Assembly (NCBI GenBank): GCA_038063815.1
Contig: JBBTUJ010000002.1
Location: 70,511 to 134,510 of the forward strand
Source: Patescibacteria group bacterium
GTDB lineage: Bacteria > Patescibacteriota > Minisyncoccia > Phycocordibacterales > EsbW-18
Reading direction: 5' to 3'
DNA: 64,000 nt
Within the stretch, counting starts at the first letter, position 1; each line of letters starts with the position of its first letter. This document shows, one piece after another, positions 55,474 through 64,000 of this stretch. The position numbers and the translations under genes were made by a program. A model generated the notes under the pieces. It saw only the letters and a list, made by a program, of their open reading frames with translations. It was not told the DNA's origin and did not search any database.

Positions 55474-56484
55474 CTATCTCTTCGCAACAATTGATTTTTT
55501 GTACGTGTCCAAGTGTTCAAGGGCGATACCGGTTCCCTTTGCAACACAAAAGAGTGCCTCGTCAGCAAGACGTGCTTTCACGCCCGTTGCACGGAACATG
55601 AGTTCAGGAAAATTGCGCAACTGCGACATGCCACCCGTCATGGTGACACCTTTTTCAATGATATCCGCCGCAAGTTCGGGGGGCGTTTCTTGGAATACAT
55701 CCTTGATGGCACGAATCATTTCCCGAAGCTCTCTCCGGATTGCCTTCACAATCTCATTCGTTCGTATCTCCATTTCACGCGGTAGCCCTGTCACAACATC
55801 TCGTCCTTTAATCGACATAGCGAGTTCTTGTTCGACAGGTACCGCAGAACCAATCTTTATCTTGATGTCTTCTGCCGTCTTATCACCAATAGAAAGGTTG
55901 TATGTCTTTTTTACGTAATCGATAATCGCTTGGTCAACCTTGTTCCCTGCGACCTTGACCGATGTGCACGTGACAATGCCACCGAGTGAAATTACCGCAA
56001 CGTCAGTGGTTCCTCCACCGATATCAACGATCATGTGACCTTCCGGATCTTGAATAGGAATTCCCGCGCCGATTGCTGCCAAAATAGGTTCTTTAATGAC
56101 GAATGCTTGTTTTGCACCTGCCTTGATTGCCGCTTCAACGACAGCGCGTCTTTCTGTTGATGTCACTCCCGCAGGAACAGAGATTAAGACATCTGGCTTC
56201 CAGATATTCCAACGCCCAAGTGTCTTATCAATAAAGTAGCGCAACATCGCTTCTGTGACGCGGTAGTCAGCAATAACACCATCCTTCATCGGACGATACG
56301 CGCGGATATTGTCAGGCGTTTTGCCAATCATCTTCTTTGCTTCAAGCCCAACAGCAAGGATCCTGTTGTCGTCTTCTGATACAGCAACAACGGAGGGTTC
56401 ATTAAGAACAATCCCCTTTCCCGGCACAAAGACAAGCACGTTTGCGGTGCCGAGATCAATCCCTAATTTTTTAGAAAACATCAT
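55474..56484 (-). CDS. mreB: rod shape-determining protein MreB
   Basis: 336 aa. LGIDLGTANVLVFV and actin-fold motifs. Confidence 0.9.
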   Translation of the reverse strand: MMFSKKLGIDLGTANVLVFVPGKGIVLNEPSVVAVSEDDNRILAVGLEAKKMIGKTPDNIRAYRPMKDGVIADYRVTEAMLRYFIDKTLGRWNIWKPDVLISVPAGVTSTERRAVVEAAIKAGAKQAFVIKEPILAAIGAGIPIQDPEGHMIVDIGGGTTDVAVISLGGIVTCTSVKVAGNKVDQAIIDYVKKTYNLSIGDKTAEDIKIKIGSAVPVEQELAMSIKGRDVVTGLPREMEIRTNEIVKAIRRELREMIRAIKDVFQETPPELAADIIEKGVTMTGGMSQLRNFPELMFRATGVKARLADEALFCVAKGTGIALEHLDTYKKSIVAKR

Positions 56485-56497
56485 GTGAACGTGTAGT

Positions 56498-57814
56498 TTA
56501 GAGCGTAATGCGTTCTATCGCAACGCCGACACCGCGAAGTTTTTCTTCCACTCGTTCATATCCGCGATCGATGTAGTGAATATCGTGGATGTACGATGTT
56601 CCTTTTCCGACGATAGCGGCAATGATATAGGCAAGACCGGCGCGTAAGTCCGGCGTATAGAGCTCCCGTCCAAGAAGTTTTGACGGTCCACGGACAATCG
56701 ATTTGTGCGGGTGTGCGATGTCAACGACCGCGCCCATTTGAGCAAGGTCATGTAAGTATGAGAGGCGGCCTTCAAATATCATCTCCTCGATGACGCTCTC
56801 CCCTGTTGCTTGTGTTGCAAAGATTCCAAAAGGTGCTTGGAGGTCTGTCGGAAATCCCGGATATTCGTGTGTGCGGAGCGTTAAGGGTTTGTACTCTTTG
56901 TTTGGTCGAGTGTTGCCGTGTATCTCTATGGATGTTGTGTGGACCAAAAAGGAAACGCCGGCTTCGCGTAACATCTCAAGAGGAAGTTCGAGATGTTCAG
57001 GCGTGCAATCAGTTATGGTGAGTGTTTCTGCACACAGTGCTCCAAGGACCACATAACTCCCCGCTTCGATCCGATCCGAAATCGCGTGATGTGAATTTCC
57101 GTTTTGCACAAGAAGTTTTCCATCACGCCCTTCTACAATCAAGGTTGGTGTGCCAATACCTTCGATTTTCGCGCCACATGATTTCAGAAAAAGAGCGAGA
57201 TCCGTTACCTCAGGTTCGAGCGCAACATTCACAAGAGTCGTCGTTCCTTTTGCAAGGGTTGCCGCCATGAGAAGCGTCTGTGTTCCAGTGACGCTCTGTA
57301 CTCGAAATACGATACGCGCTCCACGAAGACCTCCCTCCGGGGCGGTTATGTGGAACGACGCTGCATCCTTGCTCATTTCAACCTTTGCCCCCATCTTCTC
57401 AAATCCGCTCAAGAATATATCGATTGGTCTCTTGCCGATAAGACATCCTCCCGGAGGCGGAAACGTGACAACACCCTCACGCGACAAGAGCGGACCAATC
57501 AACATGACTGACGCACGAAATTTCCGCGCGAGAGCGGCGTCAAGGTTTGTGCCCATCTTTTTTGGAGGTGTGATCGTTATGTTGCCACCTTTTTGTTCTG
57601 TTACGGCGCCGACACTCTCAAGAAGCAGGCGCAGAGCGCGGATATCACTTATTTCAGGGATATTTGAAAAAGAAACAGGGCCTTCAAACAAAAGAGAGGA
57701 CGTGAGCAATCCCAGTGATTCATTCTTTGATCCTGAAATGGAGATCGTTCCCTTGAGCGCTTTCTCTCCCCCCCGTCCTTCGATTTTGAATGCTTCTTTT
57801 TTCTCCATATACAC
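56498..57814 (-). CDS. murA: UDP-N-acetylglucosamine 1-carboxyvinyltransferase
   Basis: 438 aa. EPSP synthase-like fold (ISISGSKNESLGLL) with a catalytic Cys region. Confidence 0.9.
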   Translation of the reverse strand: MYMEKKEAFKIEGRGGEKALKGTISISGSKNESLGLLTSSLLFEGPVSFSNIPEISDIRALRLLLESVGAVTEQKGGNITITPPKKMGTNLDAALARKFRASVMLIGPLLSREGVVTFPPPGGCLIGKRPIDIFLSGFEKMGAKVEMSKDAASFHITAPEGGLRGARIVFRVQSVTGTQTLLMAATLAKGTTTLVNVALEPEVTDLALFLKSCGAKIEGIGTPTLIVEGRDGKLLVQNGNSHHAISDRIEAGSYVVLGALCAETLTITDCTPEHLELPLEMLREAGVSFLVHTTSIEIHGNTRPNKEYKPLTLRTHEYPGFPTDLQAPFGIFATQATGESVIEEMIFEGRLSYLHDLAQMGAVVDIAHPHKSIVRGPSKLLGRELYTPDLRAGLAYIIAAIVGKGTSYIHDIHYIDRGYERVEEKLRGVGVAIERITL

Positions 57815-57867
57815 AAAAGTATAACTCTTTTGGAAGCACGGGGCACGGATAGCAAAATCTGAAAGTT

Positions 57868-59856
57868 TTGAATTTTGGATTTAGCATTTTGCGCTTCGAA
57901 CTTGAATTAGCAATGGGTTATACTGTGCTCATGTGGCTTCTCTCCGTTCTCCCTATCACGCGTGGTATCGCTCCCGACGCTCTCTCATACTACTCAAAAG
58001 AACAGGTGCCTCGTGGAGCACTGGTCACCGTTTCGGTGAGACGTCGCAAGGTGCCCGCGCTCGTACTTGACGCACAAGATGCTCGACACGCAAAAACAGA
58101 AATAAAAAGGTCATCGTTCGCTCTTAAAAAGATCGATGGGGTTTTGTCACCACAATTTATTTCACCCCTTCTCCTTCGAGTCGCAGATCGCTTGGCAGAA
58201 TACTATGTCTCATCCGTTGGTGCTGTTCTCTCTGATCTTATTCCACCATCTCTTTTTAAAGGAAAACAAATACCTCTTACTCCACACCTTCATCACAAAA
58301 AAAGAGACGCCACGGGGGCGGGATTTCCTGTTCCAAAAGTACTCCAACTTCCCTATCAAGAGCGTGTGCTTCGGTATAAAAGCATCATCAGAGAAGCGTT
58401 CGCCCACAATATTTCGGTTGTTGTTGTGACTCCGACTCGTATCGAGGCAGAAGATCTTGCGGAGGAACTTTCCCGCGGCATCGAGGAACGAGTGTTCACC
58501 CTCACCTCTTTGACTTCCGTAGGACAATTTAAGAAACAGTGGAAAAAGGCGGAGGAGTCACGCGAGCCAATCATGTGCATCGGTACGGGAAACATCCTCA
58601 CTCTCACACGACCCGACATCGGTATTTATATCGTTGAACATGAGTCATCCCCCCACTATAAGTCGATGCACCGACCATTCCTTGATGTACGACAGGTTTC
58701 AAAAATGTTCGGGGAAGAAGGGGGGCGCGATGTCGTCTGGGGAGATGATTTTTTGCGCGTACCAACCCTCATAGAACACAAGGACCATCTTGCCGAAGGC
58801 ATTGTTCGTTCACATGTTCGCACGGAGCCCTCGGCTGATATAAAGATCATTGATATGCGGAGACGTGACACCGATACGACGCTCCTTCCAATCATCTCCG
58901 AAGAAGGGCTCGCTCTCCTCACCGACGCCCACCTTCGCGGTGATCGTTCCTTCGTCTACACGGTCCGGAAAGGATTTGCACCTTTTACGTTATGCCGTGA
59001 CTGCGGAGAAGTCCTTTCATGTGAAAGATGCGATGCCCCGATGGTTCTCTATCTTTCGCACACCAACAAAGGAAGAGAGGACCGCGAAAGACGGATATTT
59101 GCCTGCAACAGATGTGGCGCAGTTCGTGACGCAAAAACTCTGTGTGGTACGTGTGGAAGTTGGCGGCTTGAGATGTACGGCGTCGGCGCAGAGAGAGTCG
59201 TTGAAACGCTTGCAGAGCATATCCCGAAGGAAAATATATTTCTTTTGACCGCAGAGAATGCCTCCACTGAGAAAAAAGCAAAAGATGTTATCTCAAGATG
59301 GAAAAATACACATGGAAGTATTCTTGTGGGAACCGCCGCAGCGCTCTCGTACCTTCGTCGCGAGATCATTGCCGAAAGCGTTATCGCATCTCTTGAAACA
59401 TTGACGGCACTTCCTGATATCGGAATGAACGAAAGGATATTTCGTCTCGTATCCTATTTAAAAAGCATCACAGCAAAGAGACTTCTCGTGCAGACACGAA
59501 ATCCCGATCTTCCGCCCCTTCTTAATGCGAAGGAGGGAGACGGGCAGGCGCTCTTCCGACTTGAAAGCGCCGAGAGAGAGCGTTTTTCATATCCCCCATT
59601 CTCTCAATTCATCAAAGTGACGCATGTGGGAGAGAAGGGGCGCGTCCTTAAAGATCTTCAGGCACTCAAAGACGCGCTTCCGGTTGGAACCGCATCGCTG
59701 TATCCTGCATTTATATCCCGCGTGAAGAAGAATTTCATCGCACATTTGCTCATCTCTCTCCCACCAGAGACATGGCCGCATCCAAAATTGGCAATGCTTT
59801 TAAAATCCCTTTCGCCCGCATACACGGTTAATGTGGATCCGGAAAGCATCCTGTAG
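57868..59856 (+). CDS. priA: primosomal protein N' (replication restart helicase PriA)
   Basis: 662 aa. SF2 helicase core plus a Cys-rich zinc-binding insert (CRDCGEVLSCERCDAPMV...CNRCG...CGTCGS). Start possibly at 57913. Confidence 0.85.
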   Translation: MNFGFSILRFELELAMGYTVLMWLLSVLPITRGIAPDALSYYSKEQVPRGALVTVSVRRRKVPALVLDAQDARHAKTEIKRSSFALKKIDGVLSPQFISPLLLRVADRLAEYYVSSVGAVLSDLIPPSLFKGKQIPLTPHLHHKKRDATGAGFPVPKVLQLPYQERVLRYKSIIREAFAHNISVVVVTPTRIEAEDLAEELSRGIEERVFTLTSLTSVGQFKKQWKKAEESREPIMCIGTGNILTLTRPDIGIYIVEHESSPHYKSMHRPFLDVRQVSKMFGEEGGRDVVWGDDFLRVPTLIEHKDHLAEGIVRSHVRTEPSADIKIIDMRRRDTDTTLLPIISEEGLALLTDAHLRGDRSFVYTVRKGFAPFTLCRDCGEVLSCERCDAPMVLYLSHTNKGREDRERRIFACNRCGAVRDAKTLCGTCGSWRLEMYGVGAERVVETLAEHIPKENIFLLTAENASTEKKAKDVISRWKNTHGSILVGTAAALSYLRREIIAESVIASLETLTALPDIGMNERIFRLVSYLKSITAKRLLVQTRNPDLPPLLNAKEGDGQALFRLESAERERFSYPPFSQFIKVTHVGEKGRVLKDLQALKDALPVGTASLYPAFISRVKKNFIAHLLISLPPETWPHPKLAMLLKSLSPAYTVNVDPESIL

Positions 59857-59906
59857 CAAACGGGCGGCCTTTCTCGTTCATATAAAATCGCGTACACTAG
59901 TTTCAA

Positions 59907-61208
59907 ATGGCAAAACTTTCTACAGAAGCATACAAGGGCGTTCGGGACTTTTATCCCGAGGACGAAGCAGTGCAGAAATATATTTTTAACACATGGCGGT
60001 CTGTTGTCGAGAAATACGGATACCAAGAATATAACGCATCTATCCTTGAACCTGCAGAACTCTATTCAGCAAAGACAAATGAAGAGCATGTGAATGAGCA
60101 GACATATACGTTCACTGATCGCGGAGATCGCCAAGTGACGCTTCGCCCTGAGATGACTCCAACAGTCGCTCGTATGGTTGCCGCAAGGCGCCGCGAACTC
60201 TCGTTCCCTCTTCGTTGGTATTCGATTCCCAATGTGTTCCGCTATGAGCGTCCGCAGAGAGGCCGTCTCCGTGAACACTGGCAATTGAATGCCGACATCT
60301 TTGGTGTCTCGGACGTCATGGCAGAAGCCGAAGTAATCACTCTCTCGTACCGCATTCTTGAAGCATTTGGTGCAACTGCAAAAGATTTTCAAATCCGGAT
60401 TGGCGCACGGGAGATGTATCACACTCTTTTAACTGACCACCTCTCTCTCTCGGACGAAGAACGTCGCGATGTTCTCCGAACGATAGATAAGAAAGCAAAG
60501 ATAAGCGATGCAGATTTTACAAAAGAACTTGAGACAGTTTTAGGAAAAGACACCTCCTTTGTTCGTGAAATTCTTTCTATCGGAACGATCTCCGACCTTG
60601 AAGAGAAATTAAAACAAAGAAATATAGAGGCGCCCTGGACAGCGAATATACGCATACTTATCGAAACGCTCGCGCGAATCGGCATTACGAACGTTCTTTT
60701 TGATCCGTCGTTAGTGCGAGGATTCGACTACTATACCGGAACGATTTTTGAAGTCTTTGATACTCATCCAGAAAACACCCGGTCTCTCTTCGGTGGCGGA
60801 CGATATGACAAACTCCTTGAGATGTTCGGGGGCGAAAGCATCCCCGCTGTCGGATTCGGAATGGGAGACGTGACAATGAGGGATTTTCTCGCTGTCCGCA
60901 ATCTTCTTCCGAAGATATCGCATCCTGCGCGAGTATATATTTGCCCTGTTGATGCATCACACCGCGATGATGCGATTATATTTGCGGAGACGCTCCGTCA
61001 CGAAGGGGTTGCAGTTGCCGTCCACCTGACGAATAAAAAGATTGGAGACCAGATAAAGATTGCTGAGAAACAAGGTATTCCGTATCTCATTTGCATTGGT
61101 GTCGAGGAGATCACCGGAGGAAGATTCATCGTCAAACATCTTCCAACAAGCACGGAAACAACGCTCCCCGAGAACGCTGTTGCCGCATTTGTCCTTAAAG
61201 ATTTGTAA
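59907..61208 (+). CDS. hisS: histidine--tRNA ligase
   Basis: 433 aa. Class IIa motifs, GGGRYD and a C-terminal anticodon-binding domain. Confidence 0.85.
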   Translation: MAKLSTEAYKGVRDFYPEDEAVQKYIFNTWRSVVEKYGYQEYNASILEPAELYSAKTNEEHVNEQTYTFTDRGDRQVTLRPEMTPTVARMVAARRRELSFPLRWYSIPNVFRYERPQRGRLREHWQLNADIFGVSDVMAEAEVITLSYRILEAFGATAKDFQIRIGAREMYHTLLTDHLSLSDEERRDVLRTIDKKAKISDADFTKELETVLGKDTSFVREILSIGTISDLEEKLKQRNIEAPWTANIRILIETLARIGITNVLFDPSLVRGFDYYTGTIFEVFDTHPENTRSLFGGGRYDKLLEMFGGESIPAVGFGMGDVTMRDFLAVRNLLPKISHPARVYICPVDASHRDDAIIFAETLRHEGVAVAVHLTNKKIGDQIKIAEKQGIPYLICIGVEEITGGRFIVKHLPTSTETTLPENAVAAFVLKDL

Positions 61209-61225
61209 GATCTAGCACATACGGG

Positions 61226-61801
61226 ATGAGAACCATCGTTTTTGATATTGAAACAAAAAATATCTTCCAGGATGTGGGGGCACACGACCCCGTACTTCTT
61301 GATATTGCCGTTGTCGCACTCCACGACTCAGAAACCGACACCTATAGTTCATACATCGAGAGCGAGTTTCCCAAAATGTGGCCGATATTCGAGAAGGCCG
61401 ATCTCTTAGTTGGATACAATTCCGATCACTTTGATATTCCTCTTTTGAATAAGTACTACCCCGGAGATCTGACTCAGATAAAAAGCGTCGATATTATGGT
61501 TGCCATTAAGAACGCGCTGGGGCGACGTCTAGGGCTTGGAAACGTTGCGGGGGCGACGCTTGGTCTCAAAAAATCAGCCGATGGCATGCAAGCATATTAT
61601 TGGTGGAAGGAAGGAAAGGTTCAGGAAATACGTGACTACTGTGTCCAGGACGTCAAGGTCACCAAAAATCTCTACGAATATATTTTAAAGAATAAAAAAA
61701 TCATGTATCGGGATGGCCCGAACATGCTTCCCCTCTCACTCGACATTACTGACTGGGAAAAAGAAAGCAACCACTCTCTCACCCACTCTTTTGGGTTTTA
61801 A
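61226..61801 (+). CDS. 3'-5' exonuclease, DEDD (DnaQ-like) family
   Basis: 191 aa. Exo I (VFDIET) and exo II-like (YNSDHFDIPLL) motifs. Confidence 0.5.
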   Translation: MRTIVFDIETKNIFQDVGAHDPVLLDIAVVALHDSETDTYSSYIESEFPKMWPIFEKADLLVGYNSDHFDIPLLNKYYPGDLTQIKSVDIMVAIKNALGRRLGLGNVAGATLGLKKSADGMQAYYWWKEGKVQEIRDYCVQDVKVTKNLYEYILKNKKIMYRDGPNMLPLSLDITDWEKESNHSLTHSFGF

Positions 61802-61831
61802 AAACACGAAGATTCGTGTTGCGGGAAGATT

Positions 61832-62629
61832 TTACAAAAAGAGGAGAATAAGAGCCGCCGCAATGATGCGGTAGACAATGAAAACGGTGAGTGTCCGTGT
61901 TTTCAAAAATGTTATCAGAAAATGAATCGCGATAAGACCGGATACAAATGCTGCGATTGCAGCGCTACCGAATACAAAGATACTCGTCGTATCATTTCCC
62001 GCATTTTGGAAGAGATCGAAGAGCGAAAGCGCACCAGCTCCTAACAAGACCGGGAATGAGAGAACGAATGCAAAGCGGGTTGCTTCTTCACGGGACAATC
62101 CTTGGAATAATCCCCCTGAGATCGTCGCCCCTGAACGCGATATGCCCGGAATAAGTGCAATCGCTTGGAAAAGTCCGACCTTAAACCCTAAACTCCCAGA
62201 AATCTCACGCGGAAGCGCCCGACGTGTTCTTTCCGCAGCAATCATAATGATGCTTCCTGCAATAAGACCTCCCGCAACGATAAGAGAATTCCGTGCAGTT
62301 GTTTCGAGATATGAGCGAAACAAAAAACCAAACAGGAGTGCCGGAAGAGTTCCCACACACACCGCATAGAGAAACGCCCTGTCCTTTGGAAGGATTTCTT
62401 TTCCCTGTATCCATGCCAAAGCAGTTACAAAAAGCCGCCAGATATCATTCCTAAAATAGAGCAGGACCGCGGCCAACGTGGCAAGATGGAGCGCAGCATC
62501 AAATGCAAGTCCCCCTTCCCCGATTGAAAAAATCTCCCGCACAAGAACAAGATGTCCCGTTGAAGAAATGGGCAGAAACTCGGTTAGGCCCTGAATAAGT
62601 CCCAGAAGAATTCCCTCGATGGTTGTCAT
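61832..62629 (-). CDS. uppP: undecaprenyl-diphosphatase
   Basis: 265 aa polytopic membrane protein. GISRSGATI BacA signature. Confidence 0.85.
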   Translation of the reverse strand: MTTIEGILLGLIQGLTEFLPISSTGHLVLVREIFSIGEGGLAFDAALHLATLAAVLLYFRNDIWRLFVTALAWIQGKEILPKDRAFLYAVCVGTLPALLFGFLFRSYLETTARNSLIVAGGLIAGSIIMIAAERTRRALPREISGSLGFKVGLFQAIALIPGISRSGATISGGLFQGLSREEATRFAFVLSFPVLLGAGALSLFDLFQNAGNDTTSIFVFGSAAIAAFVSGLIAIHFLITFLKTRTLTVFIVYRIIAAALILLFL

Positions 62630-62639
62630 AACGCTCTAT

Positions 62640-62688
62640 GGTATACCCCAGCACCAACTTTTCAAAAAGTGAGTGCTGGGGTATACTC
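62640..62688. repeat. inverted-repeat element, locus 4: adjacent arms forming a near-perfect ~22-bp hairpin (GGTATACCCCAGCACCAACTTTT / AAAAGTGAGTGCTGGGGTATACTC)
   Basis: Same arm family as loci 1-3 but with almost no spacer. Sits in the divergent uppP / dsbA-like intergenic region. Confidence 0.65.
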
Positions 62689-62730
62689 TACGAGGTATTA
62701 CTAAAAATAACTCGTACGCATTAAAACATT

Positions 62731-63411
62731 ATGGACGGAGAAAACAAATGGTTAATCCCTGTCGCGATTATAGTCGCAGGACTTTTGGTCGCCGGAGCTC
62801 TTTTTTATAAAGGAAAGGTAGTGCCCCCAACAGATCCCAATCAACCAACCGAAGAAATCGTTGTTGCGCCCATTTCAGCATCCGACCACGTTCTCGGAAG
62901 TCCGAACGCACCTATCACGATTATTGAATTCTCAGACATCGATTGCCCATTCTGTCAGACATTTCACGCGACGATGGAGCAGATTACAAATGAGTACGGA
63001 AAAACAGGCCAGGTCGCATGGGTCTACCGGCACTTCCCCCTTGACCAGCTTCATCCGAATGCACGCACAAAAGCAGAGAGCACGGAGTGTGTTGCATCTT
63101 TGGGAGGAAACGATGCGTTCTGGACATACCTCAAAATCTTGTTTGAACGAACAGACGAAACACTCACAGACCTGCCCGCGATCGCCGCTTCTGTCGGCGT
63201 TGACCAGACAGCATTCAACACATGTGTCACAGAGAAGCGCTTTGCCGCACGAGTTGTAGCAGATAGTGACGCAGCGATGGCTGCGGGAGGCCGTGGAACA
63301 CCGTACAGCATTATCCTGACAGCTGACGGAGACGAATTTCCCGTGAATGGTGCACAGCCATACGAAGTCGTAAAACAGGTGATTGATACAATCCTCGCAA
63401 GCCAGGAGTAA
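62731..63411 (+). CDS. DsbA-like thiol:disulfide oxidoreductase (thioredoxin fold)
   Basis: 226 aa. N-terminal TM anchor and CPFC active site. Confidence 0.7.
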   Translation: MDGENKWLIPVAIIVAGLLVAGALFYKGKVVPPTDPNQPTEEIVVAPISASDHVLGSPNAPITIIEFSDIDCPFCQTFHATMEQITNEYGKTGQVAWVYRHFPLDQLHPNARTKAESTECVASLGGNDAFWTYLKILFERTDETLTDLPAIAASVGVDQTAFNTCVTEKRFAARVVADSDAAMAAGGRGTPYSIILTADGDEFPVNGAQPYEVVKQVIDTILASQE

Positions 63412-63414
63412 TCT

Positions 63415-64000
63415 CTAGAATCTTTTTGAAGAACGCTTCGCTTTCGGGCGAGGCGTTTTTCTATTGTCGACAAGTCCCCAGCGATAGATTTCAAGTGAGT
63501 TTTTCCCCTCGAACATATCTGATGGGTTGGGCAAAAATCTTTTACGTGTGCGGATATCCTCGGTCGCATCAGCAAGAAGCCGGTGAAAGAGCGCGAATTC
63601 TTCCTCGTGTTTCTGAAAATCGATGACATGTCGGCGAAGCTGCGACCTCCCATCTTTGTTTTTTCTTTTTTTGCATTCAAAAACGATAAATCGCTTCACC
63701 GGCCTTTTGAATTCAGCAAGCACCGTGTAGTAGTTAAAAAGTGCTTGAACCATAAAAAGAGGGTTGTCGATCTCGAATGCGCCAAATGAATCAACAAATT
63801 TATGGTCGACAATATCGACTCCCCGCACATCACTGCGTGACACGACCACCAGATCTGATATTGCTTTGACAGGGACAGCAATGTTAGGAATGTGCGCAAG
63901 CGCCTTCACTTCAACACCAAGTACCTTGTGCCGTGGCGGTTTCGCAAGATAAAAAGAAATCGCTTGGAGGTATTCCACTTCCATGAGACGACGTTTCTGT
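63415..64000 (-). CDS. hypothetical protein, C-terminal part (gene starts beyond the window end); possible PD-(D/E)xK nuclease fold
   Basis: The ORF is open to the window edge. D...FECKK resembles a D-ExK arrangement. Weak. Confidence 0.3.
   Translation of the reverse strand, partial: QKRRLMEVEYLQAISFYLAKPPRHKVLGVEVKALAHIPNIAVPVKAISDLVVVSRSDVRGVDIVDHKFVDSFGAFEIDNPLFMVQALFNYYTVLAEFKRPVKRFIVFECKKRKNKDGRSQLRRHVIDFQKHEEEFALFHRLLADATEDIRTRKRFLPNPSDMFEGKNSLEIYRWGLVDNRKTPRPKAKRSSKRF

Noticed and set aside
1-64000. CRISPR arrays, rRNA genes and transposase/integrase genes
   Set aside because: No regularly spaced direct repeats with unique spacers, no rRNA-like segments and no recognisable transposase or integrase ORFs were seen. 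The repeats found are inverted-repeat or low-complexity types instead.

Overview
This 64 kb window is a bacterial chromosomal segment, minus-strand dominated, with features typical of reduced genomes such as Patescibacteria/CPR. The housekeeping core comprises: the 3' end of ddl; an ECF sigma / anti-sigma pair; four tRNAs plus one aberrant tRNA-like element; rplU, recR, dnaB, cysS, ctpA, rplI and rpmA; an M23 peptidase; gltX; murG-ftsW-mraY; a PBP5-like carboxypeptidase; scpB and scpA split by an inserted gene; aspS with a T-box leader; trpS; a GlyRS gene; grpE-dnaK and dnaJ; the rpsI-rplM-rplQ-rpoA-rpsD-rpsK-rpsM-rpmJ-infA block; a truncated alaS; peptidases of families M3, M29 and M16; a family-4 UDG; pcm; nth; holB; mreB; murA; priA; hisS; uppP; and a DsbA-like protein. 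The most unusual feature is a ~7.4 kb island at 28142-35598 that splits the grpE-dnaK / dnaJ chaperone operon. It carries a Type III R-M system (mod, res), an LCM/TcmP-like SAM methyltransferase, and a plus-strand cassette of two GC-rich genes of unknown function around an ArsR-like HTH gene. The cassette has near-perfect sigma70 promoters, strong SDs, GC-clamp terminators and palindromic TTCTGCAGAA direct repeats. Other findings are a 24-28 bp inverted-repeat element family present at four loci, G-less CA-rich repeat leaders, a GC-rich structured intergenic block upstream of the GlyRS gene, and an additional small GC-rich Cys-rich gene. All calls rest on reading the sequence and ORF translations only; no database search was possible.
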